Source: Lachnospiraceae bacterium (GTDB lineage: Bacteria > Bacillota > Clostridia > Lachnospirales > Lachnospiraceae). From it: a stretch of 39,092 bases of DNA. The stretch covers positions 1 to 39,092 of the forward strand of contig DMCJ01000136.1 in the NCBI GenBank assembly GCA_003446735.1. Direction: 5' to 3'. The notes beneath the pieces are model-generated. The model was not told the DNA's origin. It ran no database searches and saw nothing but the letters and a program-made list of their open reading frames with translations. The position numbers were made by a program, and so were the translations under genes. This document shows positions 29,486 through 37,634 of this stretch, in pieces (within the stretch, counting starts at the first letter, position 1; each line of letters opens with the position of its first letter).

Positions 29486-31063
29486 ATGTCGGATAAATTT
29501 GACGATTACGACGACGAAGATAAGATACTCGAAGACGAATACTATGATGAAGACGAGCCTACCGAGGATGATTACGAGGACGAGCAGGAAAGTCCGAACA
29601 GCAGGAAGGGCGCGTTAAACAAGTCTTCCGAGAAAGAGGAAGATAAGCCTGACGAAGAATATGAAAATGTATGCTTTATCTGCAGAAGGCCCGAAAGCAT
29701 TACGGGCAAGCAGTTCAAGCTCCCCAACGGGATCTTCGTATGTGACGACTGCATGCATAAGACCATGGATGCGGTCAGCCAGTTTGATTATCAGGGTATG
29801 CTCTCCGATCCTTCCAGCCTTGTGGAAGGCCTTAATAAGATGAATCTTTTCGGAGAAACTTCGGGAGAAGGCGAGGATGACGAAAAGAAAAAGGTCAATA
29901 TCCCCCATATCCGTTTTGTGAACATCTCGGATCTCCAGGGTTCAGGCGGCATCCCCAATAAGCAGAAATTAAAAAAGCGCAAAAAAGGCGATGAACCGCT
30001 CATCGATATAAAGAATATCCCGCCTCCGCATAAGATAAAGGCCCAGCTCGATGAATATGTCATCGGACAGGAAAAGGCCAAGAAGATAATGAGCGTGGCC
30101 GTTTACAATCATTACAAGCGCGTTGCGACCGATACGATGGACGAGATCGAGATAGAAAAGAGCAATATGCTCATGATCGGGCCTACCGGATGCGGAAAGA
30201 CATATCTTGTTAAGACACTTGCAAAGCTTCTTGATGTTCCGCTTGCTATCGCCGATGCCACATCACTTACTGAGGCAGGTTATATCGGAGATGATATAGA
30301 AAGCGTATTATCAAAGCTTCTTATGGCAGCAGGCAACGATATAGACAAAGCCCAGATGGGTATTGTGTTCATCGACGAGATAGACAAGATAGCAAAGAAG
30401 CAGGAGACGCATTCCAGGGATGTATCGGGCGAGTCCGTTCAGCAGGGAATGTTAAAGCTCTTAGAGGGCGCTGATATAGAGGTTCCCGTTGGAGCCAATT
30501 CCAAGAATGCGATGGTGCCCCTTACTACGATAAATACCAGAAATATCTTATTTATCTGCGGCGGAGCCTTCCCGGATCTTGACGAGATAATAAAGCAGAG
30601 GCTTTCCAAGCAGACCGCGATAGGCTTTAATGCGGTACTTAAAGATGAATTTGATAAAGAAAAGAATATTCACAGCAAGGTCACGATAGAGGATCTTAAG
30701 AAATACGGAATGATCCCCGAATTCTTAGGCCGTCTTCCGGTTATCTTTACCTTGGACGCCCTTACCGAAGACATGCTCGTTGATATCTTAAAAGAGCCCA
30801 AGAATGCGATACTTAAGCAGTATCAGAAGCTCTTATCCTTAGATGAGGTTGAGCTCATCTTCGATGACAGCGCGGTAAGGGCGATCGCCAAAAAGGCATT
30901 GGAGAGAGATACCGGCGCCAGGGCGCTCCGCGCCATAATCGAGGATTTCATGCTCGATATCATGTATGAGATTCCGAAGGATGATAATATAGGTACGGTC
31001 ACGATAAACGGAGATTATATAGAAGGAAAAGGCGGACCCGTCATAAAGATCAGGGAGGGTTGA
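29486..31063 (+). CDS. clpX: ATP-dependent Clp protease ATP-binding subunit ClpX with acidic N-terminal extension
   Basis: CxxC...CxxC zinc-binding domain, VAVYNHYKR, GPTGCGKT, FIDEIDK, RDVSGE, IGF loop and TGARALR. Confidence 0.93.
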   Translation: MSDKFDDYDDEDKILEDEYYDEDEPTEDDYEDEQESPNSRKGALNKSSEKEEDKPDEEYENVCFICRRPESITGKQFKLPNGIFVCDDCMHKTMDAVSQFDYQGMLSDPSSLVEGLNKMNLFGETSGEGEDDEKKKVNIPHIRFVNISDLQGSGGIPNKQKLKKRKKGDEPLIDIKNIPPPHKIKAQLDEYVIGQEKAKKIMSVAVYNHYKRVATDTMDEIEIEKSNMLMIGPTGCGKTYLVKTLAKLLDVPLAIADATSLTEAGYIGDDIESVLSKLLMAAGNDIDKAQMGIVFIDEIDKIAKKQETHSRDVSGESVQQGMLKLLEGADIEVPVGANSKNAMVPLTTINTRNILFICGGAFPDLDEIIKQRLSKQTAIGFNAVLKDEFDKEKNIHSKVTIEDLKKYGMIPEFLGRLPVIFTLDALTEDMLVDILKEPKNAILKQYQKLLSLDEVELIFDDSAVRAIAKKALERDTGARALRAIIEDFMLDIMYEIPKDDNIGTVTINGDYIEGKGGPVIKIREG

Positions 31064-31064
31064 G

Positions 31065-32000
31065 ATGAGTAAGAAACATGTTGTTGTTTCCTTAGGCCAT
31101 GAGGCTTTGGGTCATACCATACTTGAACAGTGGGATGCGGTAAAGGATACTGCAAGAGCGCTTGCGGATCTGGTCGAAGCCGATAATCAGCTTACAATAA
31201 CCCATTCCAACGGACCTCAGGTGTCCATGATACATAAGGCCATGACGGAGCTTAGGAGGATATATATCGATTATACTCCCGCGCCCATGTGCGTATGCTC
31301 TGCGATGAGCCAGGGTTATGTCGGATACGATCTTCAGAATTCCCTTCGTGCGGAGCTCCTTTCACGCGGAATATCCACTCCCGTTTCCACGATCCTTACC
31401 CAGGTCAGCGTGGATCCTTATGATGAGGCATTTTACGAGCCGAAGAAAAAGATCGGAAGATATATGAATGCCGAAGATGCCGAGAACGAGATAAAGAAGG
31501 GCAATTATGTTGAAGAAGAGCCCGGGAAAGGCTTCAGAAGAGTCGTTGCGGCGCCTAAGCCGATTGACATACTTGAGATAGAAGCCATAAGGACACTTGC
31601 AAATGCCGATCAGATCGTCATAGCCTGCGGAGGCGGCGGTATTCCCGTTATCGAGCAGAAGCATGCGCTTAAAGGTGCTTCCGCTGTCATAGAAAAAGAT
31701 GAGATAGCAGGAAAGCTTGCGATAGAGCTTAATGCCGACGAGCTTATCATCCTTACAAGTGTCGAGCAGGTCTATACAGGATTTGGTACGGCTGATCAGA
31801 AGGGCATAGATAAGATGAGTGTGGCCGAGGCCGGGGAATATATAAAAGCCGGTGAATTCGGTGCGCTTGACATGCTTCCCAAGATCGAGGCGGCCATTTC
31901 ATATCTTAAGAAAAAGCCTGACGGAAGCGTTCTTATCACATCAATAGACAAAGCGGGTGAAGGTATAAAAGGAAAGACAGGTACGCTGATAACGGCGTAA
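31065..32000 (+). CDS. arcC: Carbamate kinase (divergent)
   Basis: THSNGPQV, AMSQGYVGY, GFRRVVAAP.P, ACGGGGIPV, AVIEKD, MLPK and GKTGT motifs. Confidence 0.85.
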   Translation: MSKKHVVVSLGHEALGHTILEQWDAVKDTARALADLVEADNQLTITHSNGPQVSMIHKAMTELRRIYIDYTPAPMCVCSAMSQGYVGYDLQNSLRAELLSRGISTPVSTILTQVSVDPYDEAFYEPKKKIGRYMNAEDAENEIKKGNYVEEEPGKGFRRVVAAPKPIDILEIEAIRTLANADQIVIACGGGGIPVIEQKHALKGASAVIEKDEIAGKLAIELNADELIILTSVEQVYTGFGTADQKGIDKMSVAEAGEYIKAGEFGALDMLPKIEAAISYLKKKPDGSVLITSIDKAGEGIKGKTGTLITA

Positions 32001-32002
32001 GA

Positions 32003-34975
32003 TCATCTTAACTTATATAGATTTAAAGAAGTGATATAAGCTGTGCTCACATCTTCCGAGCGCAGCTTTTTATATGTAGTCTCATAGAGGCATTCGGAAA
32101 GATCGCTCTTCCATATGGAGAGATTCACATCGTCGATATCGGACAGATACCAGCTTAAGTTCATTCCGATGGGAATGAGAAGCCCCTGCCTGGAAGTGAT
32201 ATCGGCGGATGCGATCGCACCTTCATGTTCGCGCCCCGAAGCATCCTTCCATGAGATTATGAGCTTGCAGTTATCCGAAAGCTCCGGTTTCGTCCAGTTA
32301 AACCCGACATACATAACGTCGCATTCGCTTCCGTTTATGAGTTCGGGAAGAGAATCCTTTACTCCTTCGGGGCCGCCTATGCTAAGCTCACCTTTTTCGG
32401 AAAGAAGAGGCCTAAGGGACTTTATGCTTTTTGAAAATGACGATGCAGATAAGCCGAAATCCGTATTATCCGATACATCTGCAAGATCCTCGCGCCATAA
32501 GCTGTCATCCGGGACAGATGCATATAGTTTTTCATAGAGCTCACCCGGGAAAAATGCATTATCCTCTTTACTGTAAATATATCCGTCTTCGATCATCCAT
32601 CTGAAGAAATAGTAATTCTCCATCGGATGTACGGAAAAAACAACGGGTCTTATCGCCGGATCCTGAGCCATCGCCTGATCGTAATATTCCCGCTGCGCCT
32701 CATAACTTCTTGCAGCTTCGGTAAATCCGCTGGCAGGGCATTTAACCCCGAGATAATCATAAAAGCCCAGTCCGTCGAGTCCCATGAATCCGATACCCGG
32801 TGAAACCTCTTCGACTTTTTCTATAACGCGGGCATAATCATTTATATAGTGAACCTGGTCATCTACCATGAAACCGTCACCGATAAGAGCTTTGTATTTA
32901 TCGCCTATATTAAGCTCACTTGTCCTTATGAAATTATCCGGCACCTCATACGAATAAAACAGTTTTTGATCATCATCGAGCAAAAGCTCTGCGGCTCCGT
33001 CCGGATAGACCCACATTCCGGGATTCTTCAGGTCTCCGTTACATGAATAAATAGCATATGGTATCGAAAGAGCAACTCCAAGTGCGAGTGAAAGTCTTCT
33101 GCAGTCGTGTATTCCCTTTCCGAAAGAGTGGATGGCCGAAGCAAGAAAGACCGTGATCAGGGCAACAAATATCTTCGAAGTCCTCGATAAGATCTCGCCT
33201 TCATCTGCCCTTACCAGTGTATAGGTGTAGGATATGGCAAGAACCAGGGCGCCGGAGATCATGATATGAAGTATCGGGATATGTTCTTTAAGATCGCTTC
33301 CGAAGTCTTTGATGCGTAAACTCATGCGATGGAAGGCCAGGCAGAAGAACCATATTCCCAGCATGGGAAGTACAAAACGAAACGACAGATATAAGGTATT
33401 TTTAAGTATATCGGTATTAAGCCACGGCATGAACTTTTCGGGGGCAACCTGTGTAAAGAGAGGTATGCCGTCGGCTTCTACGGTCTGCGATGAAAAAGTA
33501 AGCGTATGTTTAAGCATCCTTATGAGCATCGGAGAAAGTGCTGCGATAATGATGAGAAGCGCTGATATAGCTGCGATATATCCGGGCTTTTTGATATCCT
33601 TCTTAATATCGCCTTCCTTTATCATATTTCTTACCTGATAAATAAGGATCGGCAGAGTACCTATCATGACTGCGGCGCCAAAGAGCGGATAATAGAGTCC
33701 GCCGGCAAGGCTTACCGAAAGCCAGCTTATACACCAGAGAGTCCTCTTTTTTATAAGAGAGGGAAGCGATAATAAAAGGAGTGAAGGAAGGACAAGGTAC
33801 TGCCTGTTATAGCAGGGAAGGGTATACATCACGGCTATGATAAGGGCAAAACAGCTGTCCGTATGTTTATAAACAAGATAGATCGTTAAAAGGCAGATGA
33901 TCACCATCATGATCGAGATCGAAGCCGGATAGTCTGTCACGGTCCCGCGAAGGAAAATATGATTTATACCTCCGTTAAAAAGCGGGAAGAGGCCGGAGAC
34001 CGGTGTGTATTCTTTGTAAGGAGTCTGTGAAAGAGTAAATATCTGCCGCCAGGGTATCATCTGTTCACCGTGATGGTGCTGATCAGGCTGCGCATATAAA
34101 GGGCAGGCCGAGTAGGAGTGGTAGGCGAATATGAGCATGGGAGTTATCACGCTTACAAGATGGACGGGTCTTCCCGACAGGCTCTGAGAATGTAACTGTT
34201 TACGGGCGTGGAGGATGAGCAGTACTGTTGATATTCCCATGAGCAGGATAAAGAAAACATAGTACATCGGAGCAAACGGTATTTTTATGATCTCACCCTT
34301 ATATTCATAGCGGTCAGTCAGATAAACAAAGAAGAGGAGAGGGATCAGGATCTGCTCAAAGAGATAAATGATACGAAGCTTCTTATCGCCGTCACCGATC
34401 ATGGTAAGCCCGCAGAAGATAACGGTTAAAAGAAGAGATGCGATAATAAGTCCGTAGTGGGAAAGACTGAACGCGGGAATGAAAAATGCCGCAAGAGTCG
34501 AAAGTGACATTATCGCGTAATAGGTAAGTATATACATGAAATAAAAACGGCAGGAAAATGCGCGGGCTTTCCCGTAGGGAAGTTTGTATTCCATAAAGAG
34601 GCCTATGCCTGAAATGCCTGTTAAGAAAAGAAGAGGAAGGCATATCTTTCCGAAAAAGAAAAGATAGACAAGAAACGGCAAAAGTGAACAAAACAGGGGA
34701 ATATAAGAGCGCATGGCTTCAAGCCCTGTCATATATTCGGGCGGCGTCTCCTCTTTTTTTGCCGGAAAAAGCTTCCAGAGAAGAAATAACAAAACGACTC
34801 CAAAGATCGTGATCACCCAGAAAAGCGAAAGCTCACCGGATTTATTAAGCCCCGAAAGCGCCGTATTTTCTATTATAAAATCGGAAAAGACCTGTTCGAT
34901 CTGGGTACTTACCAGAGGGAGCAGGATCATTGAAGCGATAAATGCAAGAATAACAACGATCACAAAAACTATCAT
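32003..34975 (-). CDS. Large polytopic membrane protein (990 aa), possibly a GT-C-type glycan-modifying enzyme
   Basis: More than 15 hydrophobic segments, a PDQHHHGEQ loop motif and a soluble C-terminal ~340 aa; function is inferred only. Confidence 0.65.
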   Translation of the reverse strand: MIVFVIVVILAFIASMILLPLVSTQIEQVFSDFIIENTALSGLNKSGELSLFWVITIFGVVLLFLLWKLFPAKKEETPPEYMTGLEAMRSYIPLFCSLLPFLVYLFFFGKICLPLLFLTGISGIGLFMEYKLPYGKARAFSCRFYFMYILTYYAIMSLSTLAAFFIPAFSLSHYGLIIASLLLTVIFCGLTMIGDGDKKLRIIYLFEQILIPLLFFVYLTDRYEYKGEIIKIPFAPMYYVFFILLMGISTVLLILHARKQLHSQSLSGRPVHLVSVITPMLIFAYHSYSACPLYAQPDQHHHGEQMIPWRQIFTLSQTPYKEYTPVSGLFPLFNGGINHIFLRGTVTDYPASISIMMVIICLLTIYLVYKHTDSCFALIIAVMYTLPCYNRQYLVLPSLLLLSLPSLIKKRTLWCISWLSVSLAGGLYYPLFGAAVMIGTLPILIYQVRNMIKEGDIKKDIKKPGYIAAISALLIIIAALSPMLIRMLKHTLTFSSQTVEADGIPLFTQVAPEKFMPWLNTDILKNTLYLSFRFVLPMLGIWFFCLAFHRMSLRIKDFGSDLKEHIPILHIMISGALVLAISYTYTLVRADEGEILSRTSKIFVALITVFLASAIHSFGKGIHDCRRLSLALGVALSIPYAIYSCNGDLKNPGMWVYPDGAAELLLDDDQKLFYSYEVPDNFIRTSELNIGDKYKALIGDGFMVDDQVHYINDYARVIEKVEEVSPGIGFMGLDGLGFYDYLGVKCPASGFTEAARSYEAQREYYDQAMAQDPAIRPVVFSVHPMENYYFFRWMIEDGYIYSKEDNAFFPGELYEKLYASVPDDSLWREDLADVSDNTDFGLSASSFSKSIKSLRPLLSEKGELSIGGPEGVKDSLPELINGSECDVMYVGFNWTKPELSDNCKLIISWKDASGREHEGAIASADITSRQGLLIPIGMNLSWYLSDIDDVNLSIWKSDLSECLYETTYKKLRSEDVSTAYITSLNLYKLR

Positions 34976-34981
34976 GGCAAT

Positions 34982-35010
34982 ATTATAATACGATGCAGTT
35001 ACTTTCGCAA
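34982..35010 (-). promoter_or_regulatory. Promoter 6 nt before ATG 34975 (leaderless)
   Basis: Minus strand reads TTGCGA-N17-TATAAT-attgcc-ATG, with no SD. Confidence 0.7.
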
Positions 35011-35102
35011 TGAGAAGGATGTTATGCCTTGTCAGGTTGGGGGTGAAAAAGGTTATATTATAAATAAGCTTTATAAATATCGGATCATTAAGGAGGGGTT
35101 AA

Positions 35103-35204
35103 ATGAGCAGTACTGTAATGGGAGAAAACAAAAAACCGGGCTTTGGACTTATGAGGCTTCCAAGGCTCGAGGCGATATCTCGAGGCGATATGCGAAGCGC
35201 TTGA
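35103..35204 (+). pseudogene. 5' remnant of an aldo/keto reductase gene
   Basis: AGGAGG RBS at 35091-35096; MSSTVMGENKKPGFGLMRLP matches the GFGxMRLP N-terminus of Firmicute AKR/Fe-S oxidoreductases; similarity ends at about 35165. Confidence 0.7.
35166..35191 (+). repeat. Perfect 13-bp tandem duplication CTCGAGGCGATAT x2
   Basis: Read directly at 35166-35178 and 35179-35191. Confidence 0.95.
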
Positions 35205-35244
35205 ATGCCAGCCCGGTGATATCCTCGAATACGAAAGATCGTGA
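35179..35244 (+). pseudogene. 3' remnant of a YozG/Cro-like HTH regulator (copy 1)
   Basis: Translates as LEAICEALECQPGDILEYERS*. Confidence 0.8.
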
Positions 35245-35304
35245 CAGAATGTGACAGGGGAAACTTCATCTTTTTTGTCCAAAATAGAGAATTTTTTTTA
35301 AGCA

Positions 35305-35503
35305 TGTGTTATAATGCGCTTATAAGCAACATTTCACATAAGTACTATAAATCATATCACCCCCACAGTGTTCCGAAAGGAGCATCACATCTTTTATAAG
35401 TGTCTTTGAAATTCTTGCTTATTTTTTCCAATCAATTATAGGCAGGAATTTAAAGAAGAATATTTCTTATCACTCGGATTCCTGCCGGATTCTCGGAAAG
35501 GAG
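35305..35503 (+). promoter_or_regulatory. Extended -10 promoter and long structured leader or possible sRNA upstream of rpn (duplicated at about 38180-38377)
   Basis: TGTGtTATAAT at 35305-35315; GTGTTCC-GAAA-GGAGCAT hairpin at 35368-35385; GGCAGGAAT...ATTCCTGCC stem at 35441-35486; AAGGAG RBS. Confidence 0.5.
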
Positions 35504-35516
35504 ACGAAATGTATGA

Positions 35517-35846
35517 GTGAAAAGCACGTTTGGTGGCGATAGCGTATCAGACGATATTCGGAATTTCTGTCATTACGTAATGACCGGCGAAGCAAAAAAC
35601 GATCTTACTAAAAAGATCAATGATGCGGTAGAGCGCGGGAGGAAGAATGAAATGTGGAAAAGTGATTATATAAAAGAACGAGTCATCCTTAACGATGAGA
35701 GAGAAGCAGGTAGGGAAGAAGGAAGAAAAGAAGAACTATGTACCAGGATTACTGAAATGCTAAACAGGAATAAAACGCCTGAAGAGATTGCTGATTTCTG
35801 CGGATATCCTCTGGAACTGGTTAAAGAAATACAAGGGAAAATATGA
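35517..35846 (+). CDS. Nuclease-less C-terminal part of an Rpn-family protein; likely expressed product is 64 aa from ATG 35652 (RpnS-like)
   Basis: Matches the C-terminal part of the 38387 ORF; EREAGREEGRKEE repeat followed by helical KTPEEIADFCGYPLELV tail; GGAGG at 35638-35642 lies 9 nt before an in-frame ATG. Confidence 0.7.
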   Translation: MKSTFGGDSVSDDIRNFCHYVMTGEAKNDLTKKINDAVERGRKNEMWKSDYIKERVILNDEREAGREEGRKEELCTRITEMLNRNKTPEEIADFCGYPLELVKEIQGKI

Positions 35847-36040
35847 AATCAAATGAACGCACAAATGTAATGCGAATACTGGATCAGAAGAAGATCGCAT
35901 ATGCGAGCCATTCTTATGAACCTGATGCGACCCTGTCCGGCGAGGAGATCGCCGTGATCCTGAACGAGGATAAGGACAGGGTCTTTAAAACGTTGGTACA
36001 GCTTCTGAATTGTTCAAATCCAGAACCCTTTCCTGTATAG
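35843..36040 (+). pseudogene. ybaK: Truncated YbaK/EbsC Cys-tRNA(Pro) deacylase
   Basis: TNVMRILDQKKIAY..HSY...VFKTLV is the YbaK N-terminus; similarity stops at about 35998, where the hipA region begins. Confidence 0.85.
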
Positions 36041-37196
36041 ATAAGCTTTTTCTCCCAGGATAAGTCAGATTTATGTATTTTGATAGGCCCTGTATATTTT
36101 CTCTTATCATGTATATATGTTCTTTGCAAAATTTTTCATTAATTCCGGAAGTAACGCCTACATATATAAGATCGTCATCGGTGATATCTTTACCTTTCCC
36201 ATGAACAGATGTGGTATGCTCTCCCCAGTAAGTATCACTGTATGTCAAATCGTACGCCGGAGCAAGTCTCCAACCTTGATCTTCGGTATACTGAAATGAG
36301 AAGTTTTTGGTATGATCATCTTTATTGTGTGTCATTACATTGAAACACATTATTTTAAATATCTGTTCTTTATCTACATAATTATCCTTTGTTATTGCTC
36401 TTGTTAGTTTCATAAACGTTTCATAATCGCAAGACGGCGCTCTAAAATCAGCTTCAAGAATTCCGGCAAAGGTTGCTGTAAATATTTTTTGACCATTTTG
36501 TCTGTCAAACCGTTCTGTCTTAAAATAGCCTTCACAAATCGTAGATTTAACAAGCTGCGTTTCAGTCATGTTAATTCCACTCTTTTTTGCACATAACGAA
36601 TAATCATACTCACGTTTTCCACTAATATTCGGATCTTTTGAGGCGGGGAATTTTATAATCCATTCCTTTCCTTGCTCGGTTAAAAAAATTTTTGGACGTG
36701 TTCCTCCACTTGAGCCTCCCAATCTGTATAATATATCAATTTTATCTGATGTCTTTGACGAGAGGATCTCGCTGCATTCCTTAGCTATTTCGTCAAAATT
36801 AAGCTTTGAACCGACGATATCATAATCGGTATTTTTGGCAGGAACATACTCTAACGCTCCCATTCCCGAAGTTCCTATATACGCCAAACGATCCAAGGGG
36901 GAAATGCTTTCCTTGCTGATTCCTACCGAACTCAAGTACCTGTCCATAAGCAACTCACCCCAACTATCAGGCAGACTATCCGCAAATATACCAAAGAGAC
37001 CTGCAAAACGCTCCCTTGATCTTTCATCAGGAACAAAAACCTTATCTGATAAGGGTAAAGAAAACGGGCTGATTGAAAAGCCAGTTCGAATCCACTCCCG
37101 GTCGTACTGGAAAGCTACTCTTTTGTCAACCATTTCCGCCAGTGTCCCTACATGTTTGTTTTTATAGTAAACGTCAAGTGTTTTGTTTTCGCTCAT
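35985..37196 (-). CDS. hipA: HipA-family Ser/Thr kinase toxin (type II TA)
   Basis: N-terminal VGTL..FQY...W...ISP.SLPL, DSLPDSWG, GSSGGTRPK, ERFDR, N.DDHTKNFSF and LAPAYDL motifs. Confidence 0.93.
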   Translation of the reverse strand: MSENKTLDVYYKNKHVGTLAEMVDKRVAFQYDREWIRTGFSISPFSLPLSDKVFVPDERSRERFAGLFGIFADSLPDSWGELLMDRYLSSVGISKESISPLDRLAYIGTSGMGALEYVPAKNTDYDIVGSKLNFDEIAKECSEILSSKTSDKIDILYRLGGSSGGTRPKIFLTEQGKEWIIKFPASKDPNISGKREYDYSLCAKKSGINMTETQLVKSTICEGYFKTERFDRQNGQKIFTATFAGILEADFRAPSCDYETFMKLTRAITKDNYVDKEQIFKIMCFNVMTHNKDDHTKNFSFQYTEDQGWRLAPAYDLTYSDTYWGEHTTSVHGKGKDITDDDLIYVGVTSGINEKFCKEHIYMIRENIQGLSKYINLTYPGRKSLSIQERVLDLNNSEAVPTF

Positions 37197-37458
37197 TTAT
37201 TACCTCCTCAATACTATTGTAGGTTGGATCCGAGAACAAGTTGCTTAGCTCATTCAGAAGACCAAGCTCCATAGAAATTTTAATGAAGGATTCAAGTGAA
37301 ATTTGTCCTGTTTTTTCAAATTTTCTAAGCGTTGCATAACTCACATTACTTCTGGCTGCCAACTGTTTTTGTGTTATCTTTCGTCTTTTTCGAATTGACT
37401 TCAATTTTTGAGCCATTTTAATGGCTACATCTGATGGTGTTTCAAAAATATATATCAT
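37174..37458 (-). CDS. XRE-family HTH antitoxin (HipB-like)
   Basis: RKRRKITQKQLAARSNVSYATLRKFEKTGQISL; directly upstream of hipA and overlapping it by 23 nt; AGGAGG RBS. Confidence 0.88.
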   Translation of the reverse strand: MIYIFETPSDVAIKMAQKLKSIRKRRKITQKQLAARSNVSYATLRKFEKTGQISLESFIKISMELGLLNELSNLFSDPTYNSIEEVINERKQNT

Positions 37459-37471
37459 GACGCCCTCCTAT

Positions 37472-37532
37472 ATTGCTACCATTATATCATTAATCGCAGG
37501 AAATGTCACGTATTTGATATTATAGTAGCAAT
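37472..37532 (-). promoter_or_regulatory. hipBA promoter with 18-bp imperfect inverted repeat (candidate operator)
   Basis: Minus strand GTGACA(37509-37504)-N17-TATAAT(37486-37481); arms ATTGCTACCATTATATCA and TGATATTATAGTAGCAAT are 16/18 complementary. Confidence 0.65.
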
Positions 37533-37634
37533 TTTTATAGAGCTATACTCTATAAGGAAAAAATCCGGATAACAAGTTAATTAAAGTCAGTAAAATGTTG
37601 TTTCGCTGTGAGGCGGGAAAGAGGAGATGATAAG

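Larger units (their letters stand above)
35179..35733 (+). repeat. Direct repeat copy 1 (HTH end, intergenic region, rpn with 485-bp internal deletion)
   Basis: 35179-35524 aligns to 38053-38398 (offset 2874); 35526-35733 aligns to 38885-39092 (offset 3359). Confidence 0.95.

Noticed and set aside
778..34988. Many short ORFs overlapping the long genes
   Set aside because: They are nested in well-supported CDSs and lack recognisable motifs.
35024..35305. Track ORFs 35024..35254, 35088..35282 and 35099..35305 (and counterparts 37968..38305, 38324..38554, 38713..38916)
   Set aside because: They are alternative-frame or antisense shadows of the AKR, HTH and rpn sequences; their mutual similarity only reflects the DNA repeat.
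35368..35385. GAAA hairpin as a c-di-GMP-I or other known riboswitch
   Set aside because: The other conserved elements are not recognisable; an Rfam scan is needed.
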